Source of the DNA: an uncultured bacterium
GTDB taxonomy: Bacteria > Actinomycetota > Thermoleophilia > Solirubrobacterales > 70-9
Direction of reading: 5' to 3'
Length of the DNA: 64,000 nucleotides
NCBI GenBank assembly: GCA_963806865.1
Contig: CAWDYV010000002.1
Location: 89,194-153,193 of the forward strand
The position numbers and the translations under genes are program-made. Under the pieces are notes generated by a model. That model was not told the origin of the DNA. It worked only from the letters and a program-made list of their open reading frames with translations, and did no database searches. Positions 1-10,382 of this stretch are shown piece by piece; the first letter of the stretch is position 1, and each line of letters starts with the position of its first letter.

Positions 1-423
1 TGGCGGCCAACGTCTCGGACGTAGTCGAACGATCTCAGGCAGGACCTGGCCCCAGGGTCGACCTGGCCGTTGGGCTTGCTTCGTTCCCACTGCACGCCGA
101 CTCGCCGGAAGCGCTCCGCGAAGCGGCCGAAGAGGCGGCTTGGGCTGCCCGGGCCGACGGTCGCGGGATCGCATTTGCCCGTGCCCACTCGATGCAAGAT
201 CGCTAGGAGATGCCACGGCTCGCCCTGACGCGCTCGGCCTGTCTTGATCGCACCCTGAGGGCTACGCGCAGTTTTGGCGCGCAGAGCCTGCCCATAGCTA
301 GTGAATTCGTCCAGGGGGGTTCAAGCAATGAGCGGAAACTGCCGAAGGTTCTTCACGACAAGGTCAAGTTTGCACGGGTTCTTTCAGGGAGCCCCAAACC
401 GGCCCTAAGGGGAGGACATTCAA

Positions 424-666
424 GTGGAGATCACGGCAAAGCTTTACAACGTCGGTCAGGCGGCGGACTATCTGGGCGTCAGCGCCGCGTCCCTTCGCAA
501 GTGGTCGAACGAGGGGCTCGTCGCGGTCTACCGCACGCCGGGAGGCCAGCGGCGCTACTCGCGCGACGACCTCGACCGGTTCATGAGCTCGATGCGAGAG
601 CCGTCGTCCGAAGGCATCACGGTGCACAGGCTCGAGCGGCGTCCCGCTGCCGTAGTCCACGGCTGA
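424..666 (+). CDS. Small MerR-superfamily / excisionase-type HTH DNA-binding protein (BldC-like)
   Basis: Uninterrupted 80-aa ORF with a GTG start preceded by aaggggagga. LYNVGQAADYLGVSAASLRKWSNEGLV...RTPGGQRRYSRDDLDRF fits the HTH followed by GGxRRY pattern of BldC-like/excisionase-family proteins. No integrase nearby. Confidence 0.6.
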   Translation: MEITAKLYNVGQAADYLGVSAASLRKWSNEGLVAVYRTPGGQRRYSRDDLDRFMSSMREPSSEGITVHRLERRPAAVVHG

Positions 667-702
667 CCCCAATCCACCGGAGCCTCCGAGCCCCGATAGC
701 TC

Positions 703-2082
703 ATGACTGATCGTCCCTCCCGATCGCTGATCGCCGGCGAATGGCTGCTGCTTCTCGCGGCCGTTGCAGGTGCGGTGCTACTCGCCCCCGAGGCCGAATG
801 GGACCTTGCCGCCTTCGGCATCCTCCTGTTCGCGTCGGTCGCAAGCGACATGCGAGCGATCCGGATCACGGCGCAAAAGGTCCTGGTGTCCGGGAGCTTC
901 CTGGCGATCATCGCGGCGATCGTGATCCTCGGGGCGACCCCGGCCGCCCTGATCGCGGTCATCACGACGCTCACATCGTGGGCAACCAGTCGCTACGCCA
1001 AGAGCGACCTGCTGCTGAACGTCACGGTCTACGCGGCCTTTCCCCTGATCGCTGGCGCCGGCTTCCACCGCCTTGAGGACCAGCTTGGAATCGACGCGAT
1101 GGATCCGGCGTTCTATCTGATGGTCGTCGGACTCTTCGTAGTCGCACTCGGAATCAATATCGCCGCGATCGCCGCCTACACGTGCTACGTGGAGCGATCC
1201 GACCTTTCGTCTCACCTCCGTCTGTCGGTCGTTCCGGTCATTCCCTCCGAACTCGCCGCGGCCTTGCTGGCTGTCGGAATCACGTTCGCATACGAAAAGC
1301 TCGGGATCCCGGCCGTCGCGCTATTCGCGATCGTTCTGCTGGTCTTCCAGTACCTGGTGCGCGAGCTACTCCGCTCTCAGGAACGTGCAGTCGAGCTCGC
1401 GCAGCGCGCCAAGACAACTCGCCGGCTTCCAGGTCGCGCTCTTGGGCGCGCTCCTTCGAACGCTCGACCTTCGCGACCGGATGACTGCCCGTCATTCGGC
1501 CGCCGTGGCGCGCTACTCCCGCGAGCTCTCCGCGCGCGCAGGGCTCGACGACGAGGAGCAGGAGCTCGCCCACACGGCAGGCCTCCTCCACGACATCGGC
1601 AAGTTCGTCCTCCCCGACCAGATCCTCAAGTCCCGCGGCCGGCTCTCTCCCGAGGACTGGGACCAGATCCGGCGCCATCCCTACGAGGGAGCGCGAATCG
1701 TCTCGCAGATCGACGGCTACCGGCCTGTCGGCGAGATCATCATGGCTCACCACGAGCGGCTCGACGGCCTCGGCTATCCCCGGGGCCTGATGGCGGAGCA
1801 GATTCCGCAGATCGCACAGGATCGTCGCCGTCGCCGACACCTACGACGCGATGACTGCCCGCGACTCCTACGGCGCCCCCAAGAGCTCCTTCGAGGCGAT
1901 CGCGGAGCTCAGGCGGGTCTCAGGCACCCAGCTCGACGGCAGAACTGGTCGAGCTGTTCGTCGCGATGCTCGCCGACAAGGACCTCGCTTACCGCCACGG
2001 CGAGGACGCGGACTTCGAGGCAGAGCTCGCGCTCGACAAGCGCATTCACGACTACGTCGACCGGCCCGCCGTCCCCGCCTGA
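703..2082 (+). CDS. Membrane-anchored HD-GYP domain phosphodiesterase (frame-disrupted as assembled)
   Basis: Polytopic N-terminus in ORF 703.. . HD-GYP core LLHDIGKFVLPD...IIMAHHERLDGLGYPRG in ORF 1385.. . DTYDAMTARDSY in ORF 1851.. . C-terminus ELVELFVAMLADKDLAYRHGEDADFE...PAVPA ends at TGA 2080-2082 in another frame. At least 3 frame changes are needed. Confidence 0.75.
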
Positions 2083-2105
2083 CGCGAACAGCCGCCGCGT
2101 TTGAT

Positions 2106-2132
2106 AAGAAGCCGCAATCTTGCGGCTCTTCT
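2106..2132 (+). terminator. Hairpin downstream of the HD-GYP gene (possible intrinsic terminator, no clear U-tract)
   Basis: agaagccgcaa-tct-tgcggctcttct forms an imperfect 10-11 bp stem about 25 nt after the stop codon. A second small hairpin, gcccc-ttgatc-ggggc, follows. Confidence 0.35.
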
Positions 2133-2316
2133 ACGACTACGAGCCCCTTGATCGGGGCCTCTAGTTCGGCCGTCGAAGAACGTGGGCCGCAACTCGCCCC
2201 AGAGCTACGCCCTAGACCTTTGAACTACCCGCGACGGATGACCCATGTGATGCCTTTCCGAATCGCTGGACCGGGAGACTGATCCCGCTCTAGCTTTGGG
2301 CTTGTAATGAAACCAC

Positions 2317-2373
2317 AACTTGCCGAAACTTGCAACTACTTGGTCCAGGTTATGAAAACTATGGCCCACTTGT
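2317..2373 (+). promoter_or_regulatory. Helically phased ACTTG direct repeats upstream of the MFS gene
   Basis: ACTTG starts at 2318, 2328, 2338 and 2368, with ACTAT at 2358. The register is exactly 10 bp, inside an unusually AT-rich 290-nt intergenic region, and it ends at the putative GTG start (2372). Confidence 0.3.
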
Positions 2374-3669
2374 GAGCGATCATCGGCGGTGGGCGGCGCC
2401 GCTTCGCCTGCCTGGCTTCAAGCGTCTCGCCTTCGCCTACTTCGACGAACGAGCTCGGAAACTGGCTCGGCGAGATCGCGCTCGCGGTCGTCGTCTTCGA
2501 ACTCACCGACAGCCCGATCGCGACCGCCGGCCTGTTCGTCGCGATGCAGTTCGTACCGGCGCTCACGACTCCGCTCCTGGTCGCGCGCATCGACGCGTGG
2601 AGCTCGCCGGCGCGCGCTCGCGACCCTCTACGCGGGCGAGGCGGCCGCGTTCTGCGCGCTGGCCGCGCTCGCAACCGAGGAGAGCTTCGTGCTAGCCGCT
2701 GTGCTCGCCATCGCGGCCATCGACGGAACGCTCGCGACGGCCGCGCGAGCGCGCTCTCGCGCCGCGGCGGGCGCGATCCTCGAGCCGGCCGGCCTCCTGC
2801 GCGAAGGCAACGGCATCCTCAACGTGGGATTCACGGCCGGCGCCGCGGCGGGCCCGGCCCTGGCCGGCCTCCTCGTCGCAACCGCCGGAGCACAGGTGGC
2901 GCTGCTCGCCGACGCCGCCTCGTTCGTCGCCGTAGCGCTCCTGCTGGCTACTTCCGAGCGCGCTTGGCGCAGCCACCGGGACGACGACGACGAGAAGGTC
3001 CCGTGGACCGACACGCCTGCGGCTCGGCTTCACCTACGTGCGCGAGCGGCCGGTCCTTCGAGCGCCTCCTCGGCGCCGAAGCCGTCGCGTTCGTCTTCTT
3101 CGCCCTCGTCCTCCCGATCGAGGTCGCCTTCGCCAAGGAGACGCTCGACGCCGGCGACCTCGGCTACGGGCTCCTGCTCGCCTCCTGGGGCGTCGGGCAT
3201 GGTGCTCGGCAGCCTGATCTTCTCGGGGCTTCGAGGAGCGTCGCTTGCCTCGCCTCCTGGTCGGCGGCACCGTCGCGATCGGCCTCGCCTACCTGGGCAC
3301 CGCCATCGCCCCCACCCTCGTCGTCGCTTGCGTCGCCTCGGCGGTCGGCGGCGCCGGGAACGGCGTCCAGTGGGTCGCCGTCGTCACCGCGATCCAGGAG
3401 CTCACCGCAGAGGCCTACCAGGCACGGGTGATCGGCCTCCTCGAGTCGCTCGCGAGCGGGCTCTCCGGCGTCGGCTTTCTCCTGGGCGGCGCGATCGCCG
3501 CGATCGCTCTCGCCGCGCGCGAGCTTCGCGGTCGCCGGCTTCGGCGTCATGGTCGTGCTCGCGGGGGCGCGTCGCGATGCTTCGCGGCGTCAAGCTGGGA
3601 AAGCAACCGAACGCCGGATGCGGAACCCGAGCCGGCGCGGGTCCCGGCAAAGGTCTCGTGAGTTGCTAG
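2372..3669 (+). CDS. MFS transporter (EntS/MFS_3-like), frame-disrupted as assembled
   Basis: Pieces lie in three frames: LRLPGFKRLAFAYF; LGEIALAVVVFELTDSPIATAGLFVAMQFVPALTTPLLVARID; GPALAGLLVATAGAQVALLADAASFVAVALLL; AVAFVFFALVLPIEVAFAKETLDAGDLGYGLLLASWGVG; LLVGGTVAIGLAYLGTA...GNGVQWVAVVTAIQE. Typical polytopic MFS layout. The 3' end is uncertain (3661 or 3669). Confidence 0.7.
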
Positions 3670-4724
3670 CCCGCGCAGACCCAGGCCGCGGGGCCGGAGT
3701 CGGCCCAGATCATCGCCGCGATGCGGTGCTGCTCGGCCGGAGAGGCCTCGTGCGGCAGGCCCTTGCCGCCGTAGAGCCGCCAGGTCGAGGGCAGGATCTG
3801 ATACGCGCCGCCCGCCCCGGACGATGGATTGAGCGCCTGGAAGTTGCCGCCCGACTCACACATGACGATCGCCTCGGGGATCGCCCACGCGCCGAAGTCG
3901 TTCCAGCTCGCGACCTCTTCCTCGGCCTCGGCTCGGGAACTCGCTCGAGCTTCTCGAACTTCTTCGGCCCAGTCGCCCATCTGCTCCTCGAGCTCGTCGA
4001 CCGAGGCGGCCTGGTCCGCGCGAGCGCCGGCGACCGCGGCGGCGCGCGCCTCGGCTTCGGCCCGCGCGGCGGCGATCTCGTCGCGCGCCGCGGAGACCTC
4101 GGCGTTCAGCTCGTCCGAGCGCTCCTTGGCCTGCTCCGACTCGCTCGACCTGATCCGCGAGCTCGGCGCGAAGCGAGCGCACCCGCTCGGCCAGCGCGCG
4201 ATCTGCGTCCTGGATCCGCCCGAGGAGCTCGGCCCGCGTCGCGAGGTCTTCGAATCCGTCGGCGTCGAGGAGCATCTCGACCTCGCTTGCGGTACTCGAC
4301 TTGTAGATCTCGACCAGGCGCTCCGCCAGCACCGCCTGGGCACGCCGAAGGCGGGATTCGGCCGCGACAAGCTCGGCGCGGGCAGTCTCGAGCTCTCGGG
4401 CTAGCTCGGCCGATCGCTCCTGCCCTCGACAAGGACCGTGCTCAGCTCGGCCTCGCGGCCAGCCGCCCGCTCGGCCTCGCTGCGCGCCTCGGCTAGCGCG
4501 ACCACGTTCGACTCGATCTCGTCGTTCAGGGCTTCCGCTTCTGAGCGGGCATCAGCGATCTTGCCTTCGAGTCCGTCGATCGTCTCTCCGTCGGCGCGCG
4601 CGACGGGGACGGCCAAAGCCACGCCGCACGCAAGCACGAATCCGGCTCGCGCGGCGAGCCCAGGACGACGCCCACGCAGGGTCGCCGCCCGTTCGCGCAT
4701 GTCGAAACGACCCCAGGGCACCAA
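3666..4724 (-). CDS. Secreted coiled-coil protein with C-terminal transglycosylase-like (Rpf-type) domain, frame-disrupted
   Basis: Signal peptide FVLACGVALAVPVARADGE (ORF 4401..4724), then Ala/Glu/Arg-rich coiled-coil segments. C-terminus WAIPEAIVMCESGGNFQALNPSSGAGGAYQILPSTWRLYGG...AEQHRIAAMIW (ORF 3666..4370). Pieces lie in 3 frames. Confidence 0.65.
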
Positions 4725-4890
4725 GCAGACGATGCTAGCGAATTGTTAGCGTTTGCCAAGGAAGCGCTCAGGTGGTTACATAACCTGGGCGCGATCCTGC
4801 ACGGGGCTCTCACCACCACCATCCGAGCCAGGGTGCCGTCTCACGCAAGCCTCATCCTGATCTCATGATCCGGGTTCAGGATGCTCGCTG

Positions 4891-6181
4891 GTGAGAGGGG
4901 AACGGATGGGATGGTCGCGAGCGGTTGCGGTGATTGGAGGCCCCGTCCTGGTCGCCGCTCTCTTGGTCGCTCCCGCTCGAGCCGCGCTGCCAGGCGAGAA
5001 CGGCCGGATCGTCTACCAAGCCGCGTTCGAGAGCGAGCCCACCGAGATCTGGAGCGCCAACCCCGACGGCACCCACAAGCAGAGGGTCACGCGCACACCG
5101 AACCGGGGCGAACTCGAGCCGTCCGCCGGACCAGGAGGGCGGCTGGTGGCGTTCACCCGCATGGACGAAGGGGACCTGGACGTTTTCTTGGCTCGGGTGG
5201 ACCGCTCCAAAGCGGAGCTGAACCTCACGGCCCAAAGCCCCGCCGACGACAAGGCGCCGTCGTTTGGGCCCGACGGGAGGATTGTCTTCGTCAGCGACCG
5301 CGCGGAGAGCGACGACGTGTTCGTGATGGCAAAGGACGGCTCCGAGCAGGTAAACCTGACGCCGAACAGCCCAGGGGAAGACACGGAGCCCTCGTTCTCG
5401 GGCGCGGGCGATCAGATTGCATTTCAGAGCGACCGCGACGGGGATCCGGATATCTACACCGTCGCGTCTGATGGGTCGAGCCAAGCGGTCAACCTCAGCC
5501 TGGACCTCGCGGAGGGGGATTCTGATCCCGCGTTCTCGCCCGACGGCACCACGGTCGCGTTCTCCGGGCTGCGCGGTGACCCCCGCCAGGATCCCGGCCG
5601 AGACGTGTGGTTGATCCAGGCCGACGGGTCGAACCTGCGCAAGGCGATCGATTTCAGCGGCAACGGCCTGGACGAGTTCGGGGGCGAGGCCGCGTTCTCG
5701 CCCGACGGCCGCAAGATCGTTGTCTACGAGGACTCGCAAGGGCAGATCCCCCACCTCTCCGTCACCGACCTCTTCCCCAGCTACGACCTGGGCTTCGAGT
5801 CGTCGAGCGTCGCCGACGCTCTCTATACGCCGAAGTCCGCGCCCGACTGGGCCGTTCGCGCCGACGGCGTGCCGCAAACGTTCATCCGCTCGCTACCCGC
5901 ATCTGATGACTCTCGCTCCAGCGCGACGAGCTTCAGGTTCAGATCGACGGCGCCCGGAGGCGTCCTTCGAATGCACTCTGCGCGGCGTCGACCTCGATCA
6001 GAAGACGCGGCGCTGCGGTAAGCAGAAATCATTTCGGAGCCTGGACGACGGTGCGTACAGGCTGTACGTGCGGTCCGTCGCGCGCGACGGGACTTCGGAT
6101 CCGGTGGCAGCCAATCGCGGCTTTACGATCGGCTCCGGGAGCGACTGTCGCGTCAGCCCTCGGGCGGGTCCCTGCGGCTGA
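4891..6181 (+). CDS. Secreted TolB-like beta-propeller (PD40 repeat) protein with C-terminal Ig-like FECxLDG domain
   Basis: Signal peptide VLVAALLVAPARA. Repeated units APSFGPDGRIVFVSDRAESDDVFVM, EPSFSGAGDQIAFQSDRDGDPDIYTV, DPAFSPDGTTVAFSG, EAAFSPDGRKIVV. The tail FECTLRGVDLD...LDDGAYRLYVRSVARDGTSDP continues in the ORF 5720..6181 frame, with one frame change near 5.93 kb. Confidence 0.65.
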
Positions 6182-6304
6182 GGAGGTAGCCCGCCGCGCC
6201 CGCTGAGGAACAGCGCGACCGCTGCCGGCGATCTGAATCTGGCGGCCGAAGCGCCACCAGACGGCGCGCACGACGGTGCGGCCGATGAACTCGTAGATGG
6301 ACAT
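6153..6304 (-). CDS. Small hypothetical membrane protein downstream of argG (frame-disrupted)
   Basis: MSIYEFIGRTVVRAVWWRFGRQI... (ORF 6029..6304) continues as AAVALFLSG... and ...GYLLSRRDPPEG-stop (TGA 6153-6155) in other frames. About 50 aa with one hydrophobic helix. Confidence 0.3.
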
Positions 6305-6347
6305 GTGTTCAACGCGTCGCCGACGGCGGCGCAGAAGCAGGTGTTGT

Positions 6348-7642
6348 TCATGGTCCTCTCCTTCCCTTCTTGGCGCTCGCGAATCCGATGCGCCATGCGG
6401 CTTTGCAAAGTGTGGAGCTCGATGAAGCCCGGGACTCGCGGCCTGGGAGAACTCGCCGCCCGACTCGCCGAAGCTCGCGAGCGACTCGTCGTAGAGCGCG
6501 TACGGGCGACGATCGCGCGACGACGCGCACCGAGCCCTTGTAGAGCTCGAGCGTGATCTCGCCCGTCACCCGCTCGTTCGCCGAGAGCATGTACGCGTCG
6601 AGGTCGTGGCGAAGCGGGTCGAGCCAGAGGCCCGCGTAGACGAGGTAGGCCCACTTGCGGTCGAGCACGTGCTTGTGCTCGTTCTGGTGGATCGTCGAGA
6701 CGAGCTTTTCGAGGTCCTGGTGCGCGGTCAGGAGGATCGCCGCGGCCGGAACCTCGTAGAGGTCGCGGACCTTGAGGCCGACGATGCGGTCCTCGATGTG
6801 GTCGACGATGCCGACGCCGTGGCGGCAGCCGATCTCGGCGGCGCGCTCGATCAGCTCGACCGGCTCGAGGCGCTCGCCGTCGAGCGAGACGGGCACGCCG
6901 GCCTCGAAGCCGACCACGAGCCGCTGCGGCTCGTCCGGCGCGCTCGCGCGGATGGGTGACGAGCTGGAAGACCTCGTCCGTCGGGCGGCGTGTCGAGCGT
7001 CTCGATCTCGCGGCCCTCGGACGAGCGGCCCCAGAGGTTGTCGTCGATCGAATACGGCGGGCCCTCGTTCGAGCCCTTGACCGGGATCGCGTGCTCGTTC
7101 GCGTAGGCGATCTCCTCCTCGCGGCCCATCGCCCACTCGCGGACCGGCGCCAGCACCTTGATCTCGGGCGCAAGCGCGGCGATCGTGCCGTCGATCCGGA
7201 CCTGGTCGTTGCCCTTGCCGGTGCAGCCGTGGGCGATCGTGTCGCAGCCCGTCGCGCGCGCGTGCTCGACCGCGAGCTTTGCGATCAGCGGGCGCGCGAG
7301 CGCGGTGAAGAGCGGGATAGCCGCCGCCGTAGAGGCGCGTTCGCCTTGATCGCGGGCAGCACGTAGTCGCGGGCGAACTCCTCGCGGGCGTCGGCGCGGA
7401 TCGCGTCGATCGCGCCCAGCTGCTTGGCCTTGCCGACGACGACGTCCCAGTCCTCGCCGGGCTGGCCGAGGTCGACGGTGAGCGTGACGATCTCGGCGCC
7501 GTAGCGAGCCTGGATCCAGTGCAGCATGACCGACGTGTCGAGGCCGCCCGAATAGAGCAGGAGGACGCGCCCGACCTCGGCGGGGTCGGCCTGATAGGAG
7601 GCGATTCGTGGCGCTGCGGTTGGCTGCTTGTTCGTCGGCCAT
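6348..7642 (-). CDS. argG: Argininosuccinate synthase (frame-disrupted as assembled)
   Basis: [48 protein letters not shown]; [34 protein letters not shown]; [16 protein letters not shown]; [17 protein letters not shown]...[35 protein letters not shown]; [12 protein letters not shown]. At least 4 frame changes. The 3' end is uncertain. Confidence 0.9.
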
Positions 7643-7713
7643 CGGACGCGAGAGTGTGGCAGGAGGCCTGCGCGGACGTGGCGTTACGCAAAAACAGCTC
7701 GATCGCGGGCCTC

Positions 7714-8478
7714 ATGCGCGATCATTGGAGAGCCGTGCACCGATTTCTTCGCATCATCGCCACCGCGCTCATCACCGCGGGCCTCGTCGTCGCCCTCGAC
7801 GTCGGGCTCACGCTCGCCTGGGAGGAGCCGCTCTCGAACCTCTACGCGCGGTACCAGCAGGGACAAGGCCGAGGACGAGCTGGAGGAGCTCGAGCGGGAC
7901 TTCCCGGACGCCGCGGTCGTCCGACGCCGCTCAACGCGACAGGGAACCTCGAGGAAGAGCGGGTCGCGACCTCGCCGACCGCTTTTCCGAAGCGCCGCAG
8001 GTCGACGAGGGAGCCGGGATCGGCCGGATCGAGATCCCTGCGATCGGACGTCGAGCGCGACGGTCGTCGAGGGCACGGACACCGGCATCGCTTCGGAAGG
8101 GGCCCGGCCACTACGCTCCGGCCGGACGACCCGGAGGTGCGCAGAGCAGGGTGACGGCTCAGCGTTCCCCGGCCAGGGAAGACGGTCGGAATCGCGGGCC
8201 ACCGCACGACCTACGGCGCGCCGTTCAACCGCATCGACGAGCTCGAGCCCGGCGACGAGATCACGCTCGAGATGCCCTACGCGACCTTCACGTACGAGGT
8301 CGAGAGAGGTCGAGATCGTCGATCCGGACGAGATCGGCGTCGTCAGGAACGTCGGCTACGAGCGGCTCGTGCTGAGCGCCTGCCATCCCCTCTATAGCGC
8401 GCTCAGCGCATCATCACCTTCGCCCGGCTCGAGGATTCGAGCCTTTCAGGCTCCGGCGCAGCCTCAGGATCGGAGTGA
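7714..8478 (+). CDS. Sortase family transpeptidase (class E-like), frame-disrupted as assembled
   Basis: N-terminal TM FLRIIATALITAGLVVALDVGLTLAW. Then GRIEIPAIG, LRKGPGHY, GIAGHRTTYGAPFNRIDELEPGDEITLEMPYATFTYEVE, VEIVDPDEIGVVRNVGYERLVLSACHP, QRIITFARL. At least 5 frame changes. The stop TGA 8476-8478 overlaps the next start (GTGA). Confidence 0.7.
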
Positions 8479-9368
8479 GGAACGCACGGCTCATCGGTGC
8501 GGGAGGCGTTGCGGTCCTCGCGATTCTCCTGCTCGTCTCGATCAGCGGAGAGAGCTCCTCCGATTTGGGCCCAAGGCTTGCCTTCGAGGACTCCGACTAC
8601 GAGGCCGAGAGCGCCGTCATATGGGCCGTGGGAGACGGCGCGGACGGGGGAGCGAAGGCACTGGACCTCGCCGACGAGATTCCGACTGACATCGACCGGT
8701 TCCTGTACTTGGGCGACGTGTACCCGAACGGCGCGGCCGAGGACTATGAGACGAACTACGAGCCGGTCTATGGGCAGCTGAAAGACGTCACCTCACCCGT
8801 GATCGGAAACCACGAGTGGAAAAGCCGCAAAGAGGGTTTTCTCTCGTACTGGGCGGACGAAGCTCCGAGCCCCACGCCCCTCTACTACGCCTTCAAGCTC
8901 GCCGGCTGGGAGCTCATCGCACTCAACTCCGAGACCGGCGGAAAGCCCAGCGCAAGCGATTTGCCCTGGCTTCGCTCAGAGCTGAGCGAGACCGGCACGT
9001 GCCGACTCGCCTTCTGGCACACCCCGCGCTTCAGCGCCGGCTTTCACCCCAATGAAAAGCGACTCGATCCTTACTGGAAGCTCCTTCGAGGGCACGCCAC
9101 GCTCGTGCTCAACGGCCACGACCACAATGCCCAGATCTTCAGGCCGATCGACGGAATCACGCAGATGATCGCGGGCGCGGGTGGTCACGAGCTCTATCCG
9201 GCCAATGGCGACGATCCTCGGCTCGCCCTCCTATACGACACAGGTCCCGCCGCGCTCAGGATCGAGCTGGAGCCAGGCCGGGCGCGCTGGGGGCTGATCG
9301 ACGCCGGTGGCGAGACGCTAGAAACCGGCGAGGTCCCGTGTAAGCCCCTGCCGCCCGGGCCCTCTTAG
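8475..9368 (+). CDS. Membrane-anchored/secreted metallophosphoesterase (calcineurin-like)
   Basis: Intact 297-aa ORF. N-terminal TM/signal GAGGVAVLAILLLVSISG. Motifs WAVGDGAD, LYLGDVY, GNHEW, FWHTPRFS, LNGHDHNAQIF. Confidence 0.8.
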   Translation: MRNARLIGAGGVAVLAILLLVSISGESSSDLGPRLAFEDSDYEAESAVIWAVGDGADGGAKALDLADEIPTDIDRFLYLGDVYPNGAAEDYETNYEPVYGQLKDVTSPVIGNHEWKSRKEGFLSYWADEAPSPTPLYYAFKLAGWELIALNSETGGKPSASDLPWLRSELSETGTCRLAFWHTPRFSAGFHPNEKRLDPYWKLLRGHATLVLNGHDHNAQIFRPIDGITQMIAGAGGHELYPANGDDPRLALLYDTGPAALRIELEPGRARWGLIDAGGETLETGEVPCKPLPPGPS

Positions 9369-9391
9369 GAGCCCGCTTCGCGGAGGGAGGC

Positions 9392-10000
9392 TCAGGAACC
9401 TACGTCGAGGCGGTCGAGGATCGCCCCCGGGTCCTCGATTCCGAAGTCGTTGCGAAGCCGCGCCTCGATCTGCTCGCGACTGCCTCCCGCAACCGCCAGC
9501 TGGGCCGCCAGCAGCATCGCTCCTTCGGAGACCTGGCCGCCTGGCTCTTCGGCCGCGCCGGGCGGAGGCGATGGCTCCCCCAAAGGCTCGGCGGCGACCG
9601 GCCTTGACACCGTGCGCGGAGGCCGCTCCATCTGACTCAGTTTCTCGCGCAGGCTCCTCAGAGGCTCGCTTTCCGCGGCCGGGAGCGTTGTGGGGGGCGC
9701 CGTTTGCGCAAGCTCGCTCATCGCGTCGTCGAGCGCTCGCAAAAGATCGTCCGCCCGGGCGTTTACCGCCTGTGCGTGAGAAAGCATCCCATCGGTCAAG
9801 CTCGTGAGCTCCTGGGCGCGCTCGGCCGCGATCTGCTCGGCGCGAGCATCTGCCTCGGCGATGCGGCGCTTCGCCTCGACCTCCGCCTCGTCGAGAAGAG
9901 CGGAAGCCGCCTCTTCGACAGCGTCGAGAACGGACTCGAATCGCCCGATCGCAGGCCCCTCACGCGACGTGAGAGAGTCGTGCTCACCGGCCCGCATCAT
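9392..10000 (-). CDS. Hypothetical coiled-coil protein with Pro-rich linker and small helical C-terminal domain
   Basis: Intact 202-aa ORF. Heptad-like EAEVEAKRRIAEADARAEQIAAERAQE, a Pro/Ala linker, then C-terminal GAMLLAAQLAVAGGSREQIEARLRNDFGIEDPGAILDRL. The start overlaps the upstream stop (ATGA at 9997-10000). I recognised no family. Confidence 0.45.
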   Translation of the reverse strand: MMRAGEHDSLTSREGPAIGRFESVLDAVEEAASALLDEAEVEAKRRIAEADARAEQIAAERAQELTSLTDGMLSHAQAVNARADDLLRALDDAMSELAQTAPPTTLPAAESEPLRSLREKLSQMERPPRTVSRPVAAEPLGEPSPPPGAAEEPGGQVSEGAMLLAAQLAVAGGSREQIEARLRNDFGIEDPGAILDRLDVGS

Positions 10001-10341
10001 GGCCGCCGCACGGATCGCGCTTCTTTGAGCATCGCCGTCGAGCAGTCGCGCAGCCCGCTCTCGATTGCTGCCTTGGCGCTTTCAAGTCGCTCGCGCTCGC
10101 CGCGAAGCGCGGCCATCCGCTCGGCGCGGACGTCGGTCACCGCACCCTGGGCCACAACCTCAGAGGCGCGGGAGTCCGCCGTCGCCACCGCGGATCGAGC
10201 TTCGTCATGGGTACGCCTGATCAAGTCGCGGACGCGCCTGAATACCAACTCGGACTCTTCCCAGGAACTCGACATGCCTTGAAAACTATCTGGGAGCTCC
10301 TCGTGCGATCGTGAATCCCTCCGGCGCAAGGATTCTTCCAT
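9997..10341 (-). CDS. Hypothetical coiled-coil protein
   Basis: Intact 114-aa ORF, charged and helical (ERMAALRGERERLESAKAAIESGL). Translationally coupled to the 9392..10000 ORF. Confidence 0.4.
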   Translation of the reverse strand: MEESLRRRDSRSHEELPDSFQGMSSSWEESELVFRRVRDLIRRTHDEARSAVATADSRASEVVAQGAVTDVRAERMAALRGERERLESAKAAIESGLRDCSTAMLKEARSVRRP

Positions 10342-10382
10342 GTCGAGGATGATTTCGGCAAGGCGGACGATACTCCTCGGGG

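Noticed and set aside
424-666. Excisionase-type HTH as a sign of an integrated mobile element at the left end
   Set aside because: There is no integrase, att-like repeat, tRNA or phage/conjugation gene nearby. The sequence fits the chromosomal BldC-like small regulators equally well.
8371-8407. Inverted repeat GCTGAGCGC...GCGCTCAGC around CCCCTCTATAG as a fifth member of the palindromic family
   Set aside because: It lacks the AACGTCC/GGACGTT arms. It lies in the conserved catalytic-Cys region of the sortase (LVLSACHPLYSA), so the CTCTATAG match is most simply coding sequence by coincidence.
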